Shown piece after piece: positions 8,609 through 18,913 of a stretch of DNA of 64,000 nucleotides. A program made the translations under genes and the position numbers. The stretch covers positions 26,237 through 90,236 of the IMG/VR virus record IMGVR_UViG_3300010163_000014; one strand, given 5' to 3'. The notes below the pieces were generated by a model, which saw only the letters and a list, made by a program, of their open reading frames with translations, was not told where the DNA came from and searched no databases. How positions within the stretch are numbered: the stretch's first letter is position 1; each line of letters opens with the position of its first letter. The stretch is from a virus. Taxonomy: Duplodnaviria > Caudoviricetes.

Positions 8609-9011
8609 CTGCCAAATGAGGGAATTGTCTAATCAAATTATTGATAATTTGATTGACTCGATCAAAGTCATCTCCAAGAGCTTTACTAACAGGGAAGTTG
8701 AATCCTTCTTCCCCCTCTTTGAAGTAATCCTTCAAAAGATTATCAAGGACATAGATATCCATATCCATGGATGATTTTAACTGATTCCAAGCATACTCTG
8801 GATTAAAAGATGCAATAAAGGCAACGATAGGTGCAACTTTACCCATGACATTGCACTGAGGCCAAGGCATTGAGTTGAAGGGATGTTGTTTGGAATATTC
8901 ATCCCTAATCCAGATACAGTGCTTCCGAGTCATCTCTTTGATTCTGGGATTATCCTGAGCAATATAGGTCTCTTCCATAAAGATAAGGACTCCTTTCAAA
9001 AAGATTAACAT
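8592..9011 (-). CDS. Hypothetical protein (probable start 8978, MEETY)
   Basis: AAAGGAG RBS before 8978; operon context. Confidence 0.65.
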   Translation of the reverse strand: MLIFLKGVLIFMEETYIAQDNPRIKEMTRKHCIWIRDEYSKQHPFNSMPWPQCNVMGKVAPIVAFIASFNPEYAWNQLKSSMDMDIYVLDNLLKDYFKEGEEGFNFPVSKALGDDFDRVNQIINNLIRQFPHLADVQDQ

Positions 9012-9020
9012 TGATGTTTA

Positions 9021-9061
9021 AAGGGGAGGGTGGATTTTGACTCCACCCTCCCCTTCTTTTT
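9021..9061. terminator. Intrinsic terminator
   Basis: AAGGGGAGGGTGGA/TCCACCCTCCCCTT. Confidence 0.8.
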
Positions 9062-9659
9062 AATTCTTATCGAGCTTATACTTCTTGGCGATCTTCGGGA
9101 TCCTCATTCGGAGAGTATCCATCTTCTTATCCTTCAGGTCTTTTGTCAGGAGCTTCTTATTCTCCCTCAGTTCAGACTCAGACCTGATGAACGGGAACTC
9201 CACATCCATGAGCTTATAGAAATGCTCCAGGATAGCATCTCCCATGACCCGATATACCTTCTTCGGGACCACAATGAAGATATTCCTTTGCTTGTCATAG
9301 CTCCCGGAGGCATTGGGAGAGATCTCCATGGTGAACCCCTTTACCGCAGATAGCATCGCAGCGATCACTTCAGGACTGTTGAAGTAATCCTCCAACATAT
9401 CCTGAGTTTTCCAGCTATACCGGGGCTTCTCACCCTTTTCCATATTCTCCTGCTCTTTGGCCATGGCACTGAGCAGACGATTATGGGGTGTGAATGCCCC
9501 ATTTACAACACAGTTGTTATACTTCCCGGCGATATTTCCCTTCGCCGCATCATCATCAATGGATCCAGCATCACATCCATCGATGATGACATAGTCACGG
9601 ACCTTCAGCCATTGCTTGGCATACTTATCGAATCCCTTTGTAGAGACCAGGAACATCAT
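9060..9659 (-). CDS. Hypothetical protein (199 aa)
   Basis: ORF within the minus-strand operon. Confidence 0.7.
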   Translation of the reverse strand: MMFLVSTKGFDKYAKQWLKVRDYVIIDGCDAGSIDDDAAKGNIAGKYNNCVVNGAFTPHNRLLSAMAKEQENMEKGEKPRYSWKTQDMLEDYFNSPEVIAAMLSAVKGFTMEISPNASGSYDKQRNIFIVVPKKVYRVMGDAILEHFYKLMDVEFPFIRSESELRENKKLLTKDLKDKKMDTLRMRIPKIAKKYKLDKN

Positions 9660-9675
9660 GACTTACTTACCCCTT

Positions 9676-10545
9676 TCAATCTACATATAGCTTGGCAATT
9701 GCCTGCTCCAGCTTTCTAAAGTCAATTCCATCCAACCCATTGATCCTCTGAAGAATTTCATCTTCTTTTTCCATGATTGTCATATCCATTCGTCTAAAGA
9801 TCTCCACCGGAGTATACTCCAGACGACATTGAGCATTCTCACACCTGAATTTGGTGAAAGACGGATTCCATTCAATCTTTGCACCACATGTCGGACATCT
9901 AAATAGATCTCTCGACTGACCTAATAGAGGATACATATATCCATAATCCAGAATGATTAAATCTCTCGGAACTCCATCACCAAACTGATTCGTTCTCTTT
10001 ACTGCTATATCTTCACCCTCTGGGATTCGATAGCCCCAGTTACAAAAGTTTTTCGCGATAAATCCAATATCATTAAACAGATAAGATTCAGCTAGACCAG
10101 CCAGAATTGTCTTGATATTTGCTTCTTGATTTAGAAAGTCTGGTTTAGTCATGATATCAACACATTCGGAGATGTTTATCATCAGATTTGTTTCATACGT
10201 TTTAGCCAATAAATGAGGAAGTTCTTGACTTCTTTTGAATTCGACGTAGTTGTCCTGGTAGCCTCTGCGATCCAATGCAATCTTAATGGCAAATCCATTA
10301 TGCATCAGAGTGATTCGATTTGTACCAGTTCCTAACTCTATGAAGTCAGGCGGAGGGAGTATTTTAGTAATGATACTCGCCTTTTGATTGTTGTCCGGAA
10401 GATCAGGTCTCAGACTGTGCAGAAATAATGTTTTCAGAGTTTTCTGATCAAAGAAATGATTGGTTAGACTATCGGGTCTCTGATCACTTAATTTAGCTGA
10501 TACCTCAGCATTTGCATTAGCAAAGAACGGGACAAACGATGCCAT
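9676..10545 (-). CDS. Protein kinase-like protein with C-terminal zinc ribbon
   Basis: Gly-loop LGTGTNR; beta3 AIKIA; alphaC Glu (QDNYVE); catalytic-loop-like DIGFIAKN; DFG-like LDYG; CPTC...CENAQC. Confidence 0.7.
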   Translation of the reverse strand: MASFVPFFANANAEVSAKLSDQRPDSLTNHFFDQKTLKTLFLHSLRPDLPDNNQKASIITKILPPPDFIELGTGTNRITLMHNGFAIKIALDRRGYQDNYVEFKRSQELPHLLAKTYETNLMINISECVDIMTKPDFLNQEANIKTILAGLAESYLFNDIGFIAKNFCNWGYRIPEGEDIAVKRTNQFGDGVPRDLIILDYGYMYPLLGQSRDLFRCPTCGAKIEWNPSFTKFRCENAQCRLEYTPVEIFRRMDMTIMEKEDEILQRINGLDGIDFRKLEQAIAKLYVD

Positions 10546-10554
10546 TTTGACCTC

Positions 10555-11781
10555 CTACTCCCAGTTTCTCAGTCGGTCTGAAAGGCTGATGAGTTCTCCA
10601 TCGGGATCTCTAAAGAGAGTAGAACCATTATTCAGTGCTTGAGACATGATTCGAGCAGCATCATATTCAGCTTGCTGTCTCTTCTTCTCCATCTTCACTG
10701 CCTTCTTCTGCTCTTTCTTCAGCCTCTTCAATTCATCTTTACTCATAGGCCCGGCAGTTCTGGAACCAAGCTTACGCTCCAGCATTCTAACCGCAGTCTT
10801 GGGTAAACCAGTTCTCTTTGCAAATCCTTTATTGATTTCAACATAATAGCCTTGATCCATCAGATAGCTGTACAGTTCTGTCAACTCTGCTGTATGCAGA
10901 TCAGTAAATCTACCGTTGATATAAGTGACAGGTTTAGAACCGGCCTCTCTATCTTCGATGACTTCTTCTTGCCAGAACATGTACTTATCCTGGTCAGCCA
11001 TAAGTTCAACCAAGGATTTATCTTCTTGATATTCACCCTTGGAATCATACTTGTATACAGTGGTAGAGGACATGAAGTTTGCGATCGCGTCCAATCCAAA
11101 CATCGTCCCACCATTACGCTTATAGATTCCCTGCTTACGAAACGAGATGATTTGATGTTCAAAGATAGAGATGATCTGTTTGCGCTGTTTCTTCGGCATC
11201 TTATTGATATCTGCCTCGAATTCTTCATCATCCATCTCACTAATATCTTCTTCAATGGGAGTATAAGCATCATAGATTTCCCTAAATTGCTCAGGAGTAA
11301 ATTTAGGTGGATCTGGTTTAATTGGAGGAGCCCCAATCTGAAGCAACTTCCGATTCTTCTTACTATTTTTCAGCACAGGTTTTCTGGGTAAGACCGCTGG
11401 GATAATCTTCTCCCGTAATCCTACCTTTACCCATGCTTTGCTTCCATAGATTTCGACCAACCTTTGAAGCTCATCGTTATAGATATCCATTGCTTCGGCC
11501 CAGTCATAATACGAAGGATATTTATGACGTAAAGTCCGAATCTCTGGAGATGAACTCTCTAAGATGATAGCACGGGAGATATAATCGTCATCTTCAAATG
11601 AATTCTGCATCGGAGTCCATAGATAATCCGGGAACATATCTGTCCCAAGATCCTCTACGGCATCGAATGTTAGATCCGCCATATACTGATACCACTGGTC
11701 ATTGGTCATGTGGTCTCTAGGACTATCTTTGACTGTCCTAAATTCCAGATAGGCAGATTCATCACCCATAAGAGGATTCAA
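10555..11781 (-). CDS. Hypothetical protein (408 aa)
   Basis: TTG start with GGAGG RBS; early-type motif at 11834-11843. Confidence 0.75.
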   Translation of the reverse strand: MNPLMGDESAYLEFRTVKDSPRDHMTNDQWYQYMADLTFDAVEDLGTDMFPDYLWTPMQNSFEDDDYISRAIILESSSPEIRTLRHKYPSYYDWAEAMDIYNDELQRLVEIYGSKAWVKVGLREKIIPAVLPRKPVLKNSKKNRKLLQIGAPPIKPDPPKFTPEQFREIYDAYTPIEEDISEMDDEEFEADINKMPKKQRKQIISIFEHQIISFRKQGIYKRNGGTMFGLDAIANFMSSTTVYKYDSKGEYQEDKSLVELMADQDKYMFWQEEVIEDREAGSKPVTYINGRFTDLHTAELTELYSYLMDQGYYVEINKGFAKRTGLPKTAVRMLERKLGSRTAGPMSKDELKRLKKEQKKAVKMEKKRQQAEYDAARIMSQALNNGSTLFRDPDGELISLSDRLRNWE

Positions 11782-11833
11782 TTAACATCCCTCCTTTCCA
11801 AGGACATAATAACTCAGCTCAACTTCCACTGAA

Positions 11834-11843
11834 ATAATATATC
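11834..11843 (-). promoter_or_regulatory. Putative early promoter GATATATTAT
   Basis: Exact motif on the minus strand upstream of 11781. Confidence 0.55.
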
Positions 11844-11963
11844 TATCAAACATACATTTAGGAACTCCAGTGAGGAAAAGTGGAGCGCGCATACTTGGCG
11901 GGGTGCGTAGAGAGGGAGCCTCACTTGAGAGAATATAAATATCTTGGTATAACTGGCCAAGAG

Positions 11964-12004
11964 AAAAAGAGAGATTGGTGAAAAACACCAATCTCTCTTT
12001 TTTA
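11964..12004. terminator. Intrinsic terminator
   Basis: AAAGAGAGATTGGTG/CACCAATCTCTCTTT. Confidence 0.8.
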
Positions 12005-12487
12005 TTCCATAAATGTCTCAATCTCGTAATCGTCAACATGCTCTTCATCAGCGTAGGGGTCATAGATAAATTTGCGATAAAAGTCTCCCAAATTATCTAT
12101 GTCATCCTTAAAGATAGCTACCAACGAGTCAGTTACCTTTTGGATGGCATCACTGATTTTCCGATCTGATCGAATCTTAGCCTCATTGACATAGATTACG
12201 ATATATCTCCTAGATACTAGATGGAGGTCAAGATCTCCCCCACCAATCAAAAGAAAAATACCCTGCATAGGGTCTAGAGTTTCAGTTTTACACAGAACAC
12301 CAACGGCCATTGTACCGCTGGCAATGGCATTCCGTTTTCTGGTGTTCGGTGGATATGTAGAATCAATATTACGGAGAATGTCGGATAGAGATAGATCCGT
12401 AATATCGAGGTTAATCTGGGTAAAAATAATTTCTTTTACAGACTCAGGTAGGAATGTCTTCAAGAATTCCTCCTTGGAACCAATCAT
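12002..12487 (-). CDS. Hypothetical protein (161 aa)
   Basis: AAAGGAG RBS. Confidence 0.7.
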   Translation of the reverse strand: MIGSKEEFLKTFLPESVKEIIFTQINLDITDLSLSDILRNIDSTYPPNTRKRNAIASGTMAVGVLCKTETLDPMQGIFLLIGGGDLDLHLVSRRYIVIYVNEAKIRSDRKISDAIQKVTDSLVAIFKDDIDNLGDFYRKFIYDPYADEEHVDDYEIETFME

Positions 12488-12600
12488 ACCGTTTCATCTC
12501 CTTTATCTAGATATTGAAATTCAGTTTATTTAATTTATATGTAGTATAAAGAAAAATAACTACGGATACTAGTTTTGTCTAGTATCCGTAGTTTTAATAC

Positions 12601-12927
12601 TTATTCCTGTGAGGTAAATTCCTCTTTGATATCAGCAAGATCATTTTTAGCAACTAGTGCAGGGTTAGATGAGTCCATGATATGATAAGTTCCATTTTTT
12701 AGTTCAAAGATGGTTTCATCTGCGCAGAACTTAGCATCCGGTGCATTGACAAGGCAACTCATCGTAGAGAATAACCCATGAGGATCTACGTATTCTGCAT
12801 TGTACTTGTGGGTGGTTCTGTACTCTAGCATTAGATCCATTGCATCTTCCACCGTACCATTAAAATCATCTGGAAGAATAAAGGTTAGTTCATGAATACG
12901 TAGAAACTTCTTGGGAACAGTATTCAT
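12601..12927 (-). CDS. Hypothetical protein (108 aa)
   Basis: GGAGG RBS; terminator hairpin at 12552-12595 downstream. Confidence 0.7.
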   Translation of the reverse strand: MNTVPKKFLRIHELTFILPDDFNGTVEDAMDLMLEYRTTHKYNAEYVDPHGLFSTMSCLVNAPDAKFCADETIFELKNGTYHIMDSSNPALVAKNDLADIKEEFTSQE

Positions 12928-12959
12928 GGCAATCGCCTCCGTAGATAATCCGCGGTTGG

Positions 12960-13697
12960 TTAATCTTCATCAAGAGGAGAAGACTCAGCAGTGGTTTTAA
13001 AGACGGTTGCCCATTCGGCAGGAACCTCAGGGAATTTAAAACCATCAATGTTTACATATACAAATTCAGTGTCCAAGCAATCAGATAGAATATCACTCGA
13101 CTTTAGACTGAGCTCAGCTTTAGTCTCTACCTTCTCTTGGACAACGGGATTGATCCAGGGTTCATATTCCTTACAGAATGCGGCATAATCCTGATAGACA
13201 TACTGTAGAGGAATAAAGATATAGTCAGATCCGACTAGCTCATGCATGGTAACTGTCAGAGGAATCAGACCAACTTTTCCATCATAGTGTAGTTGCATTA
13301 CTTCATCAGCAACACCAAATACACTCATTGGACTACCTTCATCAAGTCGTTTATTGATAACGGCTTCGACAATTGCATCGAGCGTATAGGGTTCATGATG
13401 AATCTCGATGCTATATTTCTTACCTTGACTAGTGTCAAGATGTTTTAGTACAGTACAACGATTCATATCCATATGGTACTTCAGGAATCGAATAAGATCT
13501 TTATATTCCATGGAAGATCGAATCGTTCTCTTACATTTCTCGATAAACTTCCGTTTATCTTTATTAGATTTGAAGACATAAACCCTTCTAGAGGGCATCT
13601 CTTCAATGGTTAGATTGATTGTCTTAACAGGACGATCTCTCATCCCGTTTTTCATTTTGTTTTTATCATACAAAATCACGATAGACCACCATCCCAT
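12960..13697 (-). CDS. HNH-like protein; paralog of 6468-7118
   Basis: RC...IEIHHEPYTL...LHY...TMHE pattern aligns with the 6468 protein; the true start is probably a little downstream of 13697. Confidence 0.5.
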   Translation of the reverse strand: MGWWSIVILYDKNKMKNGMRDRPVKTINLTIEEMPSRRVYVFKSNKDKRKFIEKCKRTIRSSMEYKDLIRFLKYHMDMNRCTVLKHLDTSQGKKYSIEIHHEPYTLDAIVEAVINKRLDEGSPMSVFGVADEVMQLHYDGKVGLIPLTVTMHELVGSDYIFIPLQYVYQDYAAFCKEYEPWINPVVQEKVETKAELSLKSSDILSDCLDTEFVYVNIDGFKFPEVPAEWATVFKTTAESSPLDED

Positions 13698-14487
13698 GTT
13701 CGATATTATTATGTCTACAGTATTCTACTTCTTCCTTAGTCCGATAGTTATTGACTAAAATCTTTAAGTGGTCTAATTTATTCCATCCAACTTCATCCAT
13801 CAAAGGAATGAAGTCAGACCCACCATAGAGATTATCTGTAAATGCCAGATGAAGTTCCGTAAACCAATAGCTATTCTGCTCTAGCCACTTGAACTTATCT
13901 GGAGTAGTATACATGCTGAAATAAATCCTCTTATCAGGGATTGAGAGTAGAATATCATCTACATCTCTAGCTGGAGAGGATGCAGCGTGTGTAAAATCAA
14001 TGGTAGCAACTAGTCTCTCTTTGGTGTCTTGAATACCCTGTAGAGTTACTCCCACATGGTTCCCATGTGTCACATGAGTTAAGAATCGATCAGATGTGGG
14101 AATTGTCACCTTATGAGGGCAGACCAGTTGAAATTGCTTCTGTAGATTTATAACTACCTCTGAGTATAGATTGTAAATCCCAGAGATCCAAATACAATCA
14201 GTAGATGGAACGACCAATATCAATTTCTGATATTGTGGGTGTTTCACAATATTATACAAGTCATTGAAGAAGTGAGGAGTTAGAGGAATTGCCAGAAGGG
14301 TTCGCTTCGAACTGGTTGTCACACAGTACATGGAGGTGCCAACTCTATCTAATGATTCAAACGGAGGTGAAAATAACCCCGTGTATCCAGAATACAATTC
14401 ATACGCCATTTTAATCCCGCCTTTCATATGGGATGTACAGTTATAAATTTTGTTCATTGCGCTAGGAGTCCTATTTTTCTTGCTCAT
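13666..14487 (-). CDS. Hypothetical protein, possibly a degenerate metallo-beta-lactamase-fold hydrolase
   Basis: Probable start MAYELYSG; overall pattern (G.TG.F...TSMY, YFS.., C-terminal H) resembles an MBL fold, but there is no HxHxDH motif. Confidence 0.35.
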   Translation of the reverse strand: MSKKNRTPSAMNKIYNCTSHMKGGIKMAYELYSGYTGLFSPPFESLDRVGTSMYCVTTSSKRTLLAIPLTPHFFNDLYNIVKHPQYQKLILVVPSTDCIWISGIYNLYSEVVINLQKQFQLVCPHKVTIPTSDRFLTHVTHGNHVGVTLQGIQDTKERLVATIDFTHAASSPARDVDDILLSIPDKRIYFSMYTTPDKFKWLEQNSYWFTELHLAFTDNLYGGSDFIPLMDEVGWNKLDHLKILVNNYRTKEEVEYCRHNNIEHGMVVYRDFV

Positions 14488-14489
14488 AA

Positions 14490-14501
14490 AACACCCGAAT
14501 A
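14490..14501 (+). promoter_or_regulatory. Putative late promoter AACA-N6-TA
   Basis: AACA CCCGAA TA upstream of the large structural gene. Confidence 0.5.
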
Positions 14502-14505
14502 AAGA

Positions 14506-17500
14506 TTGAGATGCTCACACTCTAACGATAAGAGAGGTGATTCTGTGGCTTATATAGACCCTAATTACAGTTTGAAACCCTCTTCTGATATTTTTAAAGC
14601 ACAAGTCATGCAGATTGCTTCTACCATTGTTTGGAAGAATGGTGCAGAGGCAAAACGTGGTGACCGAACTGTTGATATGTATCATGTGGAGACCTTTATG
14701 GCTGCAAAGAAAGGTCTTCTAAACTTTATGGTGATTGATGCATTCGATGAAGAAGTAATCCAGAAGATGGGCTTTACTGGAGAACGAATGGTCGATATGT
14801 TGATCAATAAGAATAATATTCCTCTGGAATATCGAGATCAAGCAGTAAAGTTGTATAGTGAGAAGTTAACGAAAAAAGATCCGTTGACTGGTCACTATGT
14901 CAACTATAAAGAGACCAATGACTATTATCGAATGCTGACTGGTCTTCCCCCTATAGAAGATATGAATAAACGAGATTTTGTATATGTCACAAAGTATAAT
15001 ACTCCTTGGCCCATGGATGTCCCAGTACATGAGATGTCTATGACACAAAGGCTTGAGATTGAAAAATCTGGGTATTTGGATGAACTGATTAAACTTCATC
15101 CGACAAAGAAATATCTGAAATTTATTGGTAAGAAGGGCATTGATATCTTTGCTGCTCGAGGTGCTGAACGGTTCGATATGCTCTATTATGAATCTGATGG
15201 TGGAACCTTCGAGCACGATTTCAAAGAGCAATATTATATGAATCGCTATGCAGTCAATGCTGTGTATTACTCTGCGGCATTTAAAGAGGCAAATGAGCTA
15301 TATGAGAACTTCTTAGCAATGGCTCTTCTATTCATGACTGTAGAGCAAATGTTCCATAAGTATCTGCATGCAGATATCACCAGAGACTTCTACGATGTAG
15401 AGTCTATCCGGTATATCTATGCTTCATATAGTGTGCCTTTTTATGATGAGATTCCTCTAGAGGTACACACTAGGATCACTAAGAGCATGAATATCCTATT
15501 GAGCTATCATGGATCACCCACGGTCTTTTTTGACCTGTTTGATCTATTTGGTGCCAGTGCTACGGATATCAATGCTTATTATATAACGAAAGTACATCGA
15601 TTTGCAAATAATAAACCAGTCTTTCCTAAAAAGGCTGATGGTACAATTGATAATAGTGCAGCTTATGATATTGCATTCTCTAAAGTTAAACTATATGAAG
15701 ACCCTGCTCTAGAGACAATTGACCCGGCTAATAGAATCAACTATTGGAATATGACCAATAATGACCCCTACTGGGTTAATGATCACGAACTTCTAGAGAA
15801 ATTAGATCGAGAGATCTTTAACTATACAGAATCCAAATACATCGGTATTCAAACCGTTCTAGATATTCTAGGAGCTACCTATCAGAATTCGTATTTCTTC
15901 AAGATGATCCAAGACAATCGAGAAGATATGAAGAAGATTCAAGTTAGATGGGCAGCTACTAATATCTACGTCTCTCTATTTGACTTCTTTATCTATCTTG
16001 CAGCTCTATACTGCAAGAAATATAATTTTGATGGTTCTCTTAGTGATGACCTGGCATTCACAGCTACTGTGTTAGGTTATGACTTCAAGAACCATGTCCA
16101 ACATCTACAGAATCTAATTCTGCAAGATGAAACTCTTCAAAATGATCAAGAATTGATCAATTTGATTCGAAAGATGGATACTGAGTCTCTTGCATCGGTC
16201 AATGAGACTTTCAAAGCTATTAAGGATCTTCGGAAACTTCTCGTTGAGAGATTTAGTAAGACTCATAATCGAGAAGAGTATCAAACATATCGTGCTATCT
16301 ACGATACCTTACTGACAAGTGAGAATATTAGAGATAGCTTTACAAAGAGTACTGGAGAAATGGCAAGTACCTATGATGATATGCTTGCTGACTCTGCTCC
16401 TACTTTATATCAGAGATTATTAGAGATGACAGAAGAGACGATTGATGATGAAATCAGATTGATCATCAATCAATTAGAGGAAGCAATTCCTTCTCTTACT
16501 ACATTGCATACTATCTTTAATCTAGACATTAACTCTTTAATTGAGTCTCTTTTAAAGATGCTTAAGTTTTTCAAATCCGCTAAGGCAGAGTTGGTTGGAT
16601 ATAAGATCATCTATGTCATGTCCCTTAGAGGAGTCAACTTCTTTAAGCTACTTGATAAGATGATTCAGATCAGAGAGTCTTCTACCAAAGGACCTACTAT
16701 TATGGATTTAACTGATCTCATGGAATGTATGAAGGAATATTGGGATCATATCAACGACATGTTTCATCTGTTGGAAGATGAACGTGGAGATGAACATTTT
16801 TTCTCTATGATTCAAGATGAGATCAAGTTTATGCGAGATCTATTCCATCTCATCGTTGTGGTTGGTGCAGAACCAATCAAAGCAAATGTGCAATATACTG
16901 ATATTATGCTCAGTTGTATCACTGAGTCTATGCTATGCTCTTTAATGCCTCTTGCAGACGAGAACTTTTTACTGAAAGAGGAATTTTTAGAGCCAAAATA
17001 TCATGGAATGATTAAGGATCATTTCAAGTTCTTGACAGATGAATTGATTCTCCTATCTCAGGATTCTGAGAATAAGAGAGTTTTGAAATCCTCTTATTAT
17101 CTACAAGATCTCATGCAGAAGATCTTGAATCGAATGGAACGAGGAGCTATGAATACAGTTCCTCTATTTGTAAGAGATGAACTATTGGTTGTCTCTTGGA
17201 TCTTAATTGGAGCTGATGATTATCTTAGCTTTATCATGAAACAGATGTTAGAAGTTCGAGTACAAGCTACTCCTTTTAGTGAACGATTGACCTGGAGAGA
17301 TGCATACATCCTAAAGATGGTTATGTCTCTCCTTCCAATCAGTAGAATGAATATGAATGACTTCTTATCTGTATTAGAAGTCACTGGTGAATATGTCTCT
17401 AGAGTTCGACTGAGGGATGTACCTGAACTCTGGGGATTTGAAGTAATGGGCGGAGCATTAAAAGATGCCATCTGGTGGAGAGATAAGATCAATGAAGTTC

Positions 17501-17994
17501 TAGAGAGTGTTGAGAACTCCAGTAAAGATAGTATTTTCCCTCTAGATGAGATTATTGCAACTGCTACTTATAAGGGGCTTATCAAAGAGAATGGATGCTT
17601 CATCGATGACCTAGAATTACTACATCTAATTGAAGATCATGATAAGCCTATTAAAGATGATTTTACTTGGCCAGATGCACTTGCAGCTAGTCAAGATAGA
17701 ACTGCTGATGTTTATATTGTACCATACCAGAAAATGGAGTTCCATATGGATGACTTCATTGCTGATGGTAATGAGCATAGAATAGTGGCAAAAAATGATG
17801 TTCGATTCTATGATAAACTCCAGGCTTTTTCTGTTACAAAAGAACGGGAAAGATCCACTCAAAAGATGGAGTTTACAATGAGAGATTTCATTCCTTATTC
17901 GATCGATAGTATCTGGTCTGATAAGGTAGAAATACATTTCACAGATAAGTTGAAGCTTCTGAGAGAACGAAAAGAAGAGTCTGAAACTCCGTAG
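14506..17994 (+). CDS. Putative baseplate wedge/structural protein (probable GTG start at 14545)
   Basis: 1162 aa; YSVPFYDEIP...NILLSYHGSPTVFFDLFDLFG resembles P2 gpI/T4 gp7-type wedge segments; heads the tail gene block. Confidence 0.5.
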   Translation: MRCSHSNDKRGDSVAYIDPNYSLKPSSDIFKAQVMQIASTIVWKNGAEAKRGDRTVDMYHVETFMAAKKGLLNFMVIDAFDEEVIQKMGFTGERMVDMLINKNNIPLEYRDQAVKLYSEKLTKKDPLTGHYVNYKETNDYYRMLTGLPPIEDMNKRDFVYVTKYNTPWPMDVPVHEMSMTQRLEIEKSGYLDELIKLHPTKKYLKFIGKKGIDIFAARGAERFDMLYYESDGGTFEHDFKEQYYMNRYAVNAVYYSAAFKEANELYENFLAMALLFMTVEQMFHKYLHADITRDFYDVESIRYIYASYSVPFYDEIPLEVHTRITKSMNILLSYHGSPTVFFDLFDLFGASATDINAYYITKVHRFANNKPVFPKKADGTIDNSAAYDIAFSKVKLYEDPALETIDPANRINYWNMTNNDPYWVNDHELLEKLDREIFNYTESKYIGIQTVLDILGATYQNSYFFKMIQDNREDMKKIQVRWAATNIYVSLFDFFIYLAALYCKKYNFDGSLSDDLAFTATVLGYDFKNHVQHLQNLILQDETLQNDQELINLIRKMDTESLASVNETFKAIKDLRKLLVERFSKTHNREEYQTYRAIYDTLLTSENIRDSFTKSTGEMASTYDDMLADSAPTLYQRLLEMTEETIDDEIRLIINQLEEAIPSLTTLHTIFNLDINSLIESLLKMLKFFKSAKAELVGYKIIYVMSLRGVNFFKLLDKMIQIRESSTKGPTIMDLTDLMECMKEYWDHINDMFHLLEDERGDEHFFSMIQDEIKFMRDLFHLIVVVGAEPIKANVQYTDIMLSCITESMLCSLMPLADENFLLKEEFLEPKYHGMIKDHFKFLTDELILLSQDSENKRVLKSSYYLQDLMQKILNRMERGAMNTVPLFVRDELLVVSWILIGADDYLSFIMKQMLEVRVQATPFSERLTWRDAYILKMVMSLLPISRMNMNDFLSVLEVTGEYVSRVRLRDVPELWGFEVMGGALKDAIWWRDKINEVLESVENSSKDSIFPLDEIIATATYKGLIKENGCFIDDLELLHLIEDHDKPIKDDFTWPDALAASQDRTADVYIVPYQKMEFHMDDFIADGNEHRIVAKNDVRFYDKLQAFSVTKERERSTQKMEFTMRDFIPYSIDSIWSDKVEIHFTDKLKLLRERKEESETP

Positions 17995-18062
17995 CAATTA
18001 ACAAAAAGGATAATCAAACCTTAAAACGTTGAATACCTTTTGAATAAAGGAGGAGCTCGAAT

Positions 18063-18905
18063 ATGGGCAGAGAAATTATTCGTGATCATTTTGTACTATG
18101 CGGTGACCAGCTCACAGATGTTAAGTCTCGTCTGGCCAGTGCTAAGAAGCAGGGTAAGATGTTCCATGGTGAGCTGTATGAGAAGACTCATGACAGCTAT
18201 GGCCATCCCATTCTGCAGTATGTTAATTCCAATACCGTGGTGATCGGCGGCGCCATTTTGGCTTTGCAGAAGATTTCCGGTATCACCAGTGGTTTTATGC
18301 CTCCTGCTCTGAATGAGAAGTATGGTATCAATATCAATGGTGTTCCCACCGGTAATAACCAGATCCTGTTGTTCGGCTGTGGTATTGGTGGTGCTGGTCT
18401 TGACTTCGGCAATGTTAAGGCTCCTGATATCAAGCAGAATGATGTTGCTGGTGGTCTGATTCCCATGCGTTTTGGTGCTGACCTGGTGGGTGATGATGCC
18501 CCCAAGTATTTCTTCAAGCATAATAATAACGACGGTACCTTCAGTTGGTATTTGAAGGAGTTTGATGAGGGCTCCCAGATCCGTACCCAGTGGAAGAATG
18601 CCATTGACTCTGAGGAGGATGGTGCTGAGATCACCGCGGATGTCTCTGAGTCTGATTCCACCGACGGTATTGAGAGCTTCCTGGAGGTCAATATCTCCCT
18701 GAACTCCAACGATGTCCGTGAGTACTTCGAGGCTCAGGGTAATCTGTCTCAGGCTCGTTATAATGCCTTTGGCTTCTACTCTGGCGAGAAGGTCAATGAC
18801 GAGTATGCGAATGTTCGTCTGTTCTCCACGGTTAACTTCAATAACCGCGATGTCACTGTGAAGACAACTTCCAGCTTCGCGTATCGTGTCTATTCTCTAA
18901 TCTAA
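18063..18905 (+). CDS. Putative baseplate/tail-fibre attachment protein
   Basis: 280 aa; Gly-rich beta pattern (FGCGIGGAG); located between the wedge-like gene and the fibre genes. Confidence 0.4.
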   Translation: MGREIIRDHFVLCGDQLTDVKSRLASAKKQGKMFHGELYEKTHDSYGHPILQYVNSNTVVIGGAILALQKISGITSGFMPPALNEKYGININGVPTGNNQILLFGCGIGGAGLDFGNVKAPDIKQNDVAGGLIPMRFGADLVGDDAPKYFFKHNNNDGTFSWYLKEFDEGSQIRTQWKNAIDSEEDGAEITADVSESDSTDGIESFLEVNISLNSNDVREYFEAQGNLSQARYNAFGFYSGEKVNDEYANVRLFSTVNFNNRDVTVKTTSSFAYRVYSLI

Positions 18906-18913
18906 TTAAACAT

